Origin: Chlorokybus atmophyticus
Taxonomy: Eukaryota > Plantae > Mesostigma and Chlorokybus algae
Assembly (NCBI GenBank): GCA_009103225.1
Contig: RHPI01002262.1
Location: 875,478-939,477, forward strand
Direction of reading: 5' to 3'
Length of the DNA: 64,000 nucleotides
A program made the position numbers and the translations under genes. This document shows positions 1-12,181 of the stretch, piece after piece. Each line of letters begins with the position of its first letter. Position 1 is the first letter of the stretch. A model generated the notes under the pieces. The model worked only from the letters and a program-made list of their open reading frames with translations. It did no database searches and was not told the origin of the DNA.

Positions 1-2825
1 ACAACGGCATACATCAGGTTGATTGCTTCATACATTGGTGCCTGTTGCCTGTCCCACCCACCCACCATGGCATCGCATAGCACATAGGTGGAGCACTAGG
101 TGTATTGTGGAGTAATGGCACCGGATGCATGTAAGGTGCCTACCTGTTTGCCCTTCCTTGCCTTGCTATTGCGGTGTATGTTGTATGTTAGACATATTGA
201 GCACATATTGCATGGTTGATGTTTAACATAAAGCATATACATGCAAGTGGTTCAGCATGACCAATTTCTGAATTGTCGCCAGCATGGCTGCAGCCAGTTG
301 CACTGCTATTCATGTCACCCCGCGGCACAATCCCGCTGGACGCCACCTACTGCAAATGCCATGTCCCGTGCAACTTGCTTTAAATGTGTAATGCGTGCAT
401 GCAAGTTGGAGTTGCTCAACGCTATCACTACAACCATTCTGTTGATGGCAACGACCGTCAAACTGGGACGACATCAACAGCCAACAGGATTCAATGTTCC
501 AAGAAAAGCCATGTATTGCTACAGAATTTTCATAGGAGCGCCGGCCGAATAGTCAAGTTTAATTGCACGAGTCGCGCGACACTAATAGAAACACAAGTAT
601 CATTACTAGTATAAATTCTAGTCTAAATAAATAGAATCATGATGCATAAAGTAAACAATGTTAGTTCAGATTCCGTAAGTTGGTTTTGGGGAGTTGATGT
701 GGATGTTTTGCTGTTGTTACACGTATGTGACTATTATTTTTAAGCCATCGCAGCATCGCGTGCAAACGGATTGTGCACAATGCCAGCGTGATGCAAGCGT
801 GCGCGATTGCATGAATCGTCACATCGTTGAACCACCTAACAAGAGCTGTGACAGCACTTGCGGCACGATTGTAAAAAGACTTAATATCATAAAAGTTCGC
901 ATCAGGAATTTGGTACCACTTGAGCACTTAAGGCATGACACTTCAAGAAATACATGATACACTTAAAATTGTGTACACCATGCATTGTATATAATAGATA
1001 GTGGCATAATGACGTGCAACAGATGACATGCATTTCGTATTTCGATAAAGAAGCGAGATATTGCGTGAATAATTTGACTGCAATGAGTTCATTTGCATAA
1101 ATGTAACCAACAGCCATTACCATTGCATCAATTGTCTACCTTTAAACCACATGCTTCGCTCGTCTAGCCATGTTGCTATGAATTATCTAGCAATTTGTGC
1201 ATTGATCAAGTGTTCATTGTGTGCTGCCTGAATTGCATGTGACCATGCGCCGTTGTGCAGGTGGACCGCTGGGTCCTACCTCCACCTGCTCTGCCTTGCA
1301 CGCCCGTAGTGGCATGCACTTAGTGTAGCCTTTCCCCCGGTTGGTAATCGTGCTTGCCTTGCTTGTTAGGCTGTCAATGCGACGATCTAAACCACTTTGA
1401 AAAGTCGCCGCCTCATCGCGGCCCCACCGTTGTCGCGCCTCCATCGCTTCTTTATCGCGCCTCCATCGCGCCTCCATCGCCGTCGCGGCTGTTTTGCGCC
1501 ATCGTTGATTTAACATCATCGTCACAACGCCAAATTTCGCGGCATTTCATGACACTGTCATGAAGGTAAACGCGATAATGGCAACATTCATGATATGGTG
1601 AATATCGAATGATGAGGTGAACATCGCGTCACCAGCGGGGTCCAAAATGTGCAAAGCCGCGTTCAGCCTCCATCTTAGTTCACTTACTGTGAGTGCGTAA
1701 GTGCTATGCATCTTCGCATCGTTGGAATGCTTATGTATATCTTTGAGTTATCACCTTCCAATAAATTGCAGACTCTGATCATGACCTCGATACAGATCGG
1801 CAATGCCACGCGACTTGGTAAGGACGCCTTTTGTAAAGCACGTGGCACATGCGTAAACGACACATCACAGGCTCGCCAAATGATCACGAATCTGCTTGGC
1901 AAACATGTGACTGGAACGGATTCAAGCCCCCTCAATCCAGTTCCAATGACATGCCACTGCTTGCCAAGCAGCAGCGTCGGAGCTGGCTTGGGCATGTCGC
2001 ATGCAACGCCGGCGCTGGCTTGGGCATGATGGGGGCGGCGGCGAAGGCAGCGCCGTGTGTCGTGGTAGGGTAGCGGCAGAGGAGCTACATGTGATAAAAC
2101 TGTTGGAAGCTAGTGGAAGCAAGCTAGTGTCGCTGCATTTGCCCACACGCACGCACAGTAGCTTATGCTGAAGGCTGCTGCATGCACAGTGCGATTGAGC
2201 GCGTTGCCATCTCAAGGTGCAGGTTGCTGCGATGCCAGCTGTGTTTAAGGTATGAGCTTGTCGAGTCGATAGTAAGCTGTTGAGCTCTTAGGTGGTAGGC
2301 TGGCTTGTCTGCTTTGACGGCCGGCGTTGACAACGGCATGACACGCAAGTGAAACACGTCACCAATTGAGGCGCCCAGCATGGCTGCAGCCGGCTGCACT
2401 GCCATTTTTGTCACACTGCGGCGCAAGTTCGCCGGATGCCACCTTACTGCACACGCCACACCTGCTTCAAAGGTGCTTATGTCCAATGCGCGCATGCCAA
2501 CTGCATTTGCTTACACGTTATCACTACGATCGCTCCGTTGGTGGCAACAACAGTTCAATTAAGACGACAGCCAGCAACAGCCAACAGCAGCACAGCTTGC
2601 TGTAAATGCTGGTATTGCCGACGTCGTTGCTGTGGATGTGGCTATCGTCGTGGTTGTCATCTTTGCTGCTTGTGCATTACAGCAAAGGCAGCCACGAACA
2701 CAATTGCACAATTGCACAACATCACAACTGTCGCTATTGTCAGTGCCTTTGTTTGACGTCTTCATGGCTGTCGTGTGTGCTCTTGTCAGCATTAACAACC
2801 ACAACAATAACAATAACAACGACAG

Positions 2826-5800
2826 GGGTGTGATAAAGTTGAGACCGAAGCTGGTGCTGGTGCTGGTGCTGGTGCTGGTGCTTATCATGCCTGTGCTGAG
2901 GGCGGGCACACGCGGTCGACCGATGAAGTTCTCAACAGTTTACATGCACAGGTGCAAATCCTCGTTATACATGCCTTATCTAGGCTGCTTTAACACTGAC
3001 TGCTTGGTGCAATGACAGTTCGAAGAGTGGGACTTGCGCCAGAAGGGGTACAGGCATCTCATTGCTTTTATGCTGTTTACAGGACTCTACTTTGCCGTGC
3101 TGTTTATGCAACGGTGAGCGTATATACCGTACATATACTCATATGTGACGTATGGGCGTTTGTGTTGATGCTTATCAATATGTATACGCACGCACGCACG
3201 CTCGCACGCACGCACAATACATCAACAAGAAGAACATGTAACCACGACATGTAGGTCAACAGCAACGCGTCGGTGGTGTACGGCGTCAACAGCACCATAT
3301 CCACGCTGCTGCCGACTGACAGCAACGGCAACACCCTTACAGAATTTCAGGACACGACCAGCCTTCTCGCCTGGTATGGCATTGAGCTTTCATGCTAACA
3401 AAAATGATGAGCAACAACAATAACAACATTGTCTTGGAAGGGTGAGGGGCATGTTGGTGGACACGTATACGGAACCCGTGTGTGGTGGTGGCGTGTGCGA
3501 GCAACCATACGAGTTTGAAGGCTACGGTCGATTTGGCTGTCCAGAGGCAAGTGGTCCACACACCACACGAACGCACGCGCGCGCGCACGCACGCACGCAC
3601 GCACGCATGCAGGTGTAACCATGCCCACACGCACGATAATCAGCCAGAAGGGTTGTACTACAGTCACTGGACTTGTTATGTGGTCTGTACTACAGGATTG
3701 CGGGTGGTCTCGCTCGCTTACCAATGTCACTGTGAGGTTTGGCTTCAACTTCCGTACCGCAACTGACCAGTCGCGGTCTTTCTGGAACCTATGGTAAGAG
3801 CTATTGTAATGCTTGTGGTGTGTGTGCGTGCGTGCTGTTATAAAGTCATGTTTTTTGTGCAGTGCACCAGATGACTGTTCCTTCTCCTCCATGACCGATC
3901 CCAACACGAAATGCTGGTAACTGTGACGTTGTGGCCCTGACTGACCCAATATGTACGCAACATGTTAGGCCGCAACGACCCCATTGTGTCCACAGGTTTA
4001 GTACCCCAAACAACTTCTCAGCCAGCGGGTTGACGGGAACGCAGACGACTACCCTGTAAGACAACGTTGCTTGGTGTTTATGGTTATGCACATGTGCGCA
4101 ATAACGATGTACTGGTAGAGTCCGACTCTAGAGTCTTGTCAACTGTTGACTTATTCTGTTTTTACAGGTTCATGGTGGATGGCAACTACTCCGTCTGCTT
4201 GCTTGCCCCTGGTATGATCAGGCTCTCTGAAGTACTACACCAATGCACGCAGGCGACGCAGTGCTCAGAGTCTCTCTCTACGTGTGCGTGCATTCGTGTG
4301 TGTGTGTATGTGTTTGTGGCTCAGGTGGCGGAGTAAAGGGACAAGTCCTTACCTCGCCCGCAAATGTTACCGGCATTGCTGTGGGTAAGATGACATCATG
4401 GCTGTGTGCTCCGTACATGTCCTTGCGCAACTCATCATGTTTTACATGTTGAGTTGCCCACAAATACGCGCGGACACCCACACGCACACAAACAACACGC
4501 ATCGCAGGCATTGCAACAACAACAACAGTGTTGGAGGGCGACTCTGACTATGTTGACCTGAACGTGACAACCATCAGCGATAGCGATGTTGACTCTGAGA
4601 TAGCAACAAGCTGGCAGTATTGTGGGAAAGCAATAACTCGTTGTGAGAAGTTGTGCGCGCGGATCGTGGCGTGCTTCATGCGATGTCCCGGCAACGTCAC
4701 GGCGAGCGCGAACGACATCTACACACGCTGTGCGCAGGGCATGTGCACACCCCTACGCTTGTTCCCCAGAGTCACCGTCATCAGCAACCACGAAATGTGT
4801 GTGCTGGTACGTGCCAACACCATCGCTACTGGATAGTTCATTCAGAGAACCAACAAACATACTTGTGCGCACACACACCCGCACAGAAAGAGAGAAAACC
4901 CAATCACACACGCGCACACACACACAATCTTGTAGGCGAGGCAGCCCATTCTGGAGTATCTCAGCATTCCTGGCGCGAACGGCACGCTAGAGGACCCTTC
5001 AGATAGTTTGTACGGGTGTCCAGCAGCTTATTATGATCGCGTCAACTACCCAGGCCTCCGTCCCAATGGTAACTGGAAGTAAAATTGGTTGTGGGATTGC
5101 ATACACAGCTACACATTCGTGAAGGTGATGTGTCCTTTTTTTCTCTTTGTTGCAGATTATTGCAGAGAGCCTGTGGTGAACGGTGACCCAACGGACTACT
5201 GCCAATGGCAAAATGCGGGTGACTCCATCTGCCAGCCCAGCTGTTTGTACCCCAATTGCGGGAACGACTACCAAGTGAGATGTAGCTGCTTGTTGGGATG
5301 CGTATGCTCGTTGATGCCTTATGAGCCAACATGTGTGATGACAAGTCTTCTGGTGCACAGGACTGCTGCTCCCTCGGGTGGCCTCTCAATGGCACAGGTA
5401 TGTGTGTACGTGTGTGTGCATATGTATGCGTGGGCGCGTGTGGACGTGTGTTAGCCACATGCACGTACGCATGCGCACACGCAGGTATAGTTGATGGAAA
5501 CGTTGATGAGACAAAGCTGGTCATGGCAACCGCTGATTGTCCGTCCATGCGCCCGTTGTCCAGATATGGCCTGCTGCAACCTGGTCGCCAGCGACGCCCA
5601 CGCCCCGCTCTCTTTCACTTTCAGCTTCAACAACTACATGCCCAATGACATGGGCTTGTCCAACGCTACGACCACCACCACCCACAGCCAGCGCCCTATG
5701 TACGACGTGGGCCTCACCAACCGCATCCTGGCAGGCATCCTGCTTCACACCACGCGCTATCACATCGACAACTGTTCGGACATCAGCAGGTTCGCGAAGC

Positions 5801-8800
5801 TGCTGCCCGATGCGCGGTGTCGCTCGTGGGAGGGAGACATCAACCCGTACGGCGCAGACCCGGGTACACACACACGCACATGCACAAGCACGCGTGCATG
5901 TTGTCACGTCTCCCCTTTGCAGCTGATATGTTCAGCATGTGCGCATGCATGGGTGTGCTTACCTCGACTGATTCCATACTTATCTCACCTGTATCAGTGT
6001 ATGTGAGAAGCAGCAAGTTTTATAGTGAGGCAGCAGCCAGAGATCCCAACAAGTACTACAGGTAAGTCCGTGGCAAGTTATAACGGTATTATCATGTACA
6101 CATGCATGTGTGTGTGTTTAAACTGAAGCGAGGCGGTGCACGTACAATGTGAACGTGCTGCTTATGGTATGACATGTTTGGTGTTCGCATAGCAAACAGC
6201 GCAAGTTTCTTTTATTGCAGTCCGTCGGACATAAACAATCACGGAGTCCCGTACGGCTTCTTCCCAATGCCTGCAGTGGTGAGAATATGATATGATGTTT
6301 GACATTCACTCCGCCCCAACATGTGTGGTGTGCACACAGGATGGGCAGCACAGGCGCATATACGCATCTAGTAAAGGTTCAACTGTTTGCAGAAAAACTT
6401 CAGACCAGCGGGCTTCCCAACAGTAGTAGCGGTCGACCTTGACGCAGGGGAGGCCGCACGGTATGTATGTGCGTGCATGTGATGGCTGCTTGATGAAGTT
6501 GGCAGATAGATACACATCATACTTGTCCTGAACCAGCAAGCACACGCAAAAGCTTGATGCACTCCCAACACAGGTTTATTGATTACCTTGAGGACGCATT
6601 CTTCATCGATGATGTCCAGACCAAAGACCTCTACGTGCAGTTTGTCACCTACAATGGTACGGGGAACCTTTAGCGTTGTATGTAGCATACTGTTGTTTTG
6701 TTGTTTCCGCGCTTGTTGGCTCTCACTCCTGAAGTCACATACTTGTGTGGCACATGGCACAGTGGTGCTGCAACTCTTCTCCAACTTCCGGGTGACCTTT
6801 GGTTTCAACGACGGCGGGAGCGTATCGATCAAGCCGTCCATAGTCTCAGTATCTGTGGAGCATTACAACAGTATGATCGAGTGCTTCCGTGCAGTGAGTT
6901 GACTTGATGATACCACATGCACAGCTGCAATTTGTTGACACACGCACACACATATGCCTATGCAGGCGCTAGAGGTGGTCTTGCTGTTGGGCATAGCGGC
7001 CGAGGTGTACTTTGAGGGTTCAGATATCTACCGCACGTGGGTGAGGACGGGATCGGTCCTCGCACACTATGGCAGCTTCTGGAACTATATTGATGCAGTC
7101 TCCATTGCGCTGCTGTTCACTGCTGTCATCACGTGGGTCACATTTGTCCTCAAGTACGCCACCCGCTTTGACACGCCAGGCTTCTACAACATATATGCGG
7201 CAGCGGAAACCGGCTCGGGCCGCTTCGGGCCACACGCGCTGAAGCTCGACGCGGATGGAGAAGGCATGCGGGACTTTGTGGCAATGCTCGCGCAAGTCAA
7301 CACGCTTGTAAGGATGTGGCGCTTTTATCTCGCCGTCAACAGCATCAAGTACGTGTGCACGTGCGTGTGCGTGTGTGTGTATGTGCCTGCCATGTGACAT
7401 GCATGCACGCGTCCTCAGCTTGTGTGTACGTGTGTTTCAGTATTGTTTTGATGTTGCTGAGAATGCTCAAGCTATGTGACTTCCAACCACGCATGGGCCT
7501 GCTCACCCGCACGCTCGACCGCGCCGCCGTTGACCTTGCCCATTTCTTCTTCTTGGCAATCCTCGTCTTTCTATGCTACGCCACGCTCGCTCTCATCGCC
7601 TTTGGTGAAACCATCAAAGACGTGAGTGCGTTGGTGTGTGTGCGTGCGCGTGCGTGCTTGTCTCCACCTGCATGTGACACAAAGCAACAACTTTGTTTGC
7701 AGTTCTCACAACTGTGGCTAGCCTGCGTGACTCTCTTCCAGATGCTGCTTGGAGACACTGATGTAAGTCTCAAAGTGAAGCCTATTCTGCGGCCTATTGT
7801 GTGTATGTTATCTTGCTACCAGCAATTGTGTGATCGACATTGATACCGTGCAGTGACAAGACTGCGTGCCGCAGGTGAACAGCCAGCTGATGCAGCAGAA
7901 CGGACTTATGTACTTTGTCGGTGTCGTGTTCTTCTGGTCATACATAATCCTTGTCTTCTTCATTCTTTTCAACTTCCTCATAGCCATCGTCATAGGTCAG
8001 TAGCAGAAGCACATATTGCTTGCAGTTCCACATGCTGATGGACTGATGAAATTAAGCACACATTTCTTATTGCAGATGCATTTGCCGATGTGAAGGCCGA
8101 TGCGAAAACGTCGCGCTCAATGGGTTATGAGCTGCTGTTCATTATGATGGACAAGTGGCGTGCGTGCTGGCGCAGTTACTTCCGCTACAACTACCTTGCG
8201 GATCGCCAAGTGTACTTGTATCTGCGCAAGTTGCGCAGGTCGCGCACGCCTGCCGTGTGTGACAAGGTACTTACAACACAACTCACGCACATACACGCGC
8301 ACGCACGCACGCACGCAGAGAAATGAGTGTGACCACACTTAGGCTAGAGAAGCTGCTCCCAAGGACAAGTTGACTCTCGGCGAGATGACATTGACGAAAG
8401 AGGAGTTGGCACATGTGTTGTTCAACGCTGGTGTGGACCAAGCGCCTTCACAGGTTGGTGTGTTGGTGTCTCAGCTTGCTTGGGCTTTCGGTGGATGATC
8501 ATGTTGTGTTATTCCATTACACAGAGAGCGGCTGATAACCCTCAAGCTGTGGCGGAAGCCGTGATATCCCGTATCAACAAGTTGCAACATGCCCGCATAG
8601 CTTCGGTAAGTGGTAGTGGTGTAATACTTGCGTCTTACTGGACTGGACTTGCTGACTCATTTGAGTTACCAATAGGGACCGGACCCAGTGGAGCTACTAG
8701 AAACATGCTTGAAGAGGATTGAAGACCAATCACAACAGATTGGGCGCTTACAGCAGCAAATATTTGCATCGCAAGGCACTCCAATGGCAACAGGCATGTC

Positions 8801-8990
8801 GTCTATGCGACAACACTCGCAACTTGAGCACACCACGCCATACGGCGTGCAGTTGATTGCGCACGACGCCAATGTTGCTGCAGTCGATTTATCCCTCCAC
8901 CAGGTGGCACCGCATCAGCATATTAGTCATGCTGATGATGATGAGCACTGCACAGAGGATCACCAGATTGGTGAGAATAAGGTTGAGTAG
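2826..8990 (+). CDS. PKD2: Polycystin-2/PKD2-like TRP cation channel, green-algal type with a large Cys-rich extracellular loop; about 25 exons; true 5' end upstream of 2826 not resolved
   Basis: Spliced exons with GT/GC-AG boundaries give S1 (YRHLIAFMLFTGLYFAVLFMQR, 3020-3113), EPVCGGGVCEQPYEFEGYGRFGCPEDCG, NRILAGILLHTTRY...PYGADP, DAFFIDDVQTKDLYVQFVTYN, FWNYIDAVSI, LRMLKLCDFQPRMGLLTRTL, the pore FQMLLGD and S6 FFILFNFLIAIVIDAF, then a coiled-coil tail ending TAG at 8990. These are polycystin-family motifs. Confidence 0.88.
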
Positions 8991-11909
8991 TCCATTGCGT
9001 TCATACCCATGACTGAATAAGCTATGAGCAATGCGAATATAGCCATTGGTAGCGACTTAGCAATGAATGGCATTTAAATAGTAAAAGTAGTAGCAGTGTC
9101 ACCACTGCCTAAACTTATACGGACACGCGTGCATGCATGCGCCCACCATATGCTTGTGCGCTACCACCTGCAGTGTGGTAGGAGGTACATGCGGTACATG
9201 CGGTAGGTGCGTGCGTGATTCAGTCATGGATACGCAACGGCAAAATGTAGCTGGCACCATGTGCTACTGCTCATACAACTTCACATGCTGCATACTTATC
9301 ATGTACACAAAATGCGGGACATGCATGCGCATGCACATGATGCAGTGAAGTCAGCACACAGCAGCGCATGCATGGTACACATCATCAAGTTGAGTTGAGT
9401 TGACCATTGGGCTACTGTTTAACGCTACCCTACTGCCGCTACCCCGGTAGACATGCAGCAGTCAACATGCAGAACTATCGCCCGCCCACACGGGCCCTGT
9501 GTCCGTGTAACCGTGCATTCCAACTTATAGCGGGTGTGTCATGTTATGCATGTGGCCTTCGTGCCATAGTCTCGCAGCCATGTTCAAGCACTGCATATTG
9601 CAGCCTGGGCAGTGCTTGTCTCGCACTCATTAAGTACTGGACGGTACGGCAGGCATGGCAACCGGTAGGAATGGTAGTGTCAACCCAACCTTGTACATAA
9701 TTGTTTCTTGTGCATACAAGCAAGTCCAATGGCCTATCGTACTTGCCTATGCCGGGCAAAACCTCTAGCAAGTTAAGATGTACAGTCATAGGCAGGCAAG
9801 CAACCGCGCAGTGCCTGGTAGGAGGAAGCCGGGGGAGTGATAGGCGATTGGCAGGCATAAAAGGTTGGTGTTAGACCAATGGGGCATGGGCAATGCGCTG
9901 GGCCCCACAGCCGCACGCCAAGCTAGGAACGGACAGGATAAAGCAGACAAGCACCACGCCACAACGTAGATGCATGCCTATTGTTACAACATTGTCACAT
10001 GTAAATCGTATTGCATGTATATGTTCTCCCTCTCGCAATGCCAGCGTACATGTTGAGCAGAGTAATTAAACATATCTGAAGGCAATGGCGATGATGAATC
10101 TTAAAAATGTAGCGCTGTTGCATGCTATAGGGTAGAATAGAACAGGGCCACAAAGCAATACTTACACCATGTGTAACACTGTGCCCACCAGGGCCCAGCC
10201 TTTTCAACTCTCATGCAATCATGCATAAGTACATGACTCATGCACATCATGCATGCCCTTTTATCATTCACATGTCAACCATACATGGATCACGATCACA
10301 AGTCTGCACAATGTAGACACCCAGGTCTACTGTGCGGACAGTCACATGCATAGTGCTCCCTTAGTGGAGAGGGAGGCGTGTACAGGCAAAGGGAGGCTAA
10401 GGAACACGTTTCCTTCAACTCTGCAACGGTGGGAATTTCATCGTGCAGCTTGTCGCAGACCTTGGAGCTTCCAAAACGGTGTCAACCTCACATGGCAGTT
10501 CTTTCACAATTTTCACAAGCAACCCACCCAATATAGGCCAGGAAAGGCCCCTTCAACAGTAACACCAAGTACCCTAAACTCAGTATGTGGAAGGACCTTG
10601 ATAATGCTCAGCTAAGGCGTGCACAACGGTGCCAGCGCCATTCCCAATGTGTACAACAACAACTGTCCTTGCCTTGGGCGTGCCAACGCCCTTAAGGCAG
10701 CTGATGCTGAGGTAGCTGTCCCAATCCCCTTCCTAACGCCTTCCCACTTGGCCACACATTCCCTCAAGAGGAATATTCCCGTAAGGACGTGCGCCAAACA
10801 ATTAACGTCCACCACACTACACAGTGCTTGAACGGCCATTTGCCATCATGGCAACATGTCACACACTTAATGTGACTCACTCAGTGCTGTCACACCATGC
10901 CCTGTGCCATAGATGTCCCATCTTTGCTCATGCTTAATGTGACATGCAGCTGCACTTCACATGTGCGTACTTACAAACTTCCTTACAAGCATGTGCACTC
11001 TATGCACATGCATGATGTGAACTACACATCACACAGCTTGTCACACGCTTGCATAAGCTACCAGACTCTGAGTGTAAGCGCTCATGACATGTGGCGCAAC
11101 ACTACTGTATACACCAGCATGTACAGTACACTGTACTATGTATGACATTTGTTACAACATGTGACAATGTCTCGCATTGTGCACATACATGCTCACACTT
11201 ACCAGCTCTGTGCAAGCTTATCAGTGCCTTGTACAATTCATGCCCAAGGCTCATGAGCTCAAGGACCGACTGAATGAGCGAACCATTTAGGTATTGCACA
11301 CACCAAACCAATTAAACTCCCATACAATCATGCTGGCATATGTCGCAACATAGCAGCTGAGAGTGATGATGCCTTGCCTGTTATGCGTGACACTATGTGT
11401 ACTCGAACGCGGTGCACATTTACTAATATGGTTATACAATGTGTATATACACACACATTATTACGCCATAAGTACACGACCGCAATGTATGCATATTTAT
11501 TATTATAGTCGTATATATATATATATATCTCTATTAATATATGGTTTAATGATATAATTCGAAAATGTATTATAATAAATGTGATATAGATATAATCTTT
11601 AAATACTTGCTACATAAGCGTTGCGACCATTGTGATTTAATGAAATAAACATCATTACTATTAAGATGTATAATGCACGCTTTGTATTTATCAAAGTCCT
11701 CGCGTTGATGCATATGACATGTCATGTCTTCAGCAAATGTGTTGTTGTTATGTAGCTACATTTGATCAAATTCAAAGTAGCAGAACCACACCCGCATGCA
11801 CGTGTACTTGTGATCATATAATGGAAATCACAACGCGTTTGATGATATATACCCAATACTTATAAACGCGTTAATAAGTTTTGTGCGAGTTTACACGTTG
11901 TGTAAGCTC

Positions 11910-11935
11910 TGTGTGTGTGTGTGTGTGTGTGTGTG
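11910..11935. repeat. (TG)13 microsatellite upstream of the OGDH gene
   Basis: Read directly from the sequence. Confidence 0.95.
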
Positions 11936-12138
11936 GACGTCACCGACAGCATATGCGTCGGTGATGCCTCCGCACAGTCGACGCAGCCCTGTTCGTTCCA
12001 GGCGGCCTCAGCCAAAGCAAAAAGCCGTGCGCCACGTGGAAAGGGCTGCCTAAGCTAGGCTACGGCTATGATTGGCGATTCAACAAACAGGTCGTTAGTA
12101 CAGTGTTGCACTCTGTGGTCTAGACCAGGGAGCCAGGC

Positions 12139-12146
12139 TAGGGTTT
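12139..12146 (-). promoter_or_regulatory. Telo-box (AAACCCTA) about 35 nt upstream of the OGDH start codon
   Basis: TAGGGTTT on the + strand in the 5' leader; matches the plant telo-box consensus. Confidence 0.45.
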
Positions 12147-12181
12147 GTGCGCCTTGGGGCGGGAAGCTTGCGGCGGCGGCG

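Noticed and set aside
1214-1525. Minus-strand ORF with a repeated MEAR motif (CGCGCCTCCATCGC x3)
   Set aside because: Short, with no splice context or recognisable domain. It is probably low-complexity sequence or a repeat relic.
10350-10840. Possible decayed TE or enzyme coding relic (e.g. VVVHIGNGAG, FRVLGVTVEGAFPGLY)
   Set aside because: Fragments lie in different frames with stops, and no family can be recognised with confidence.
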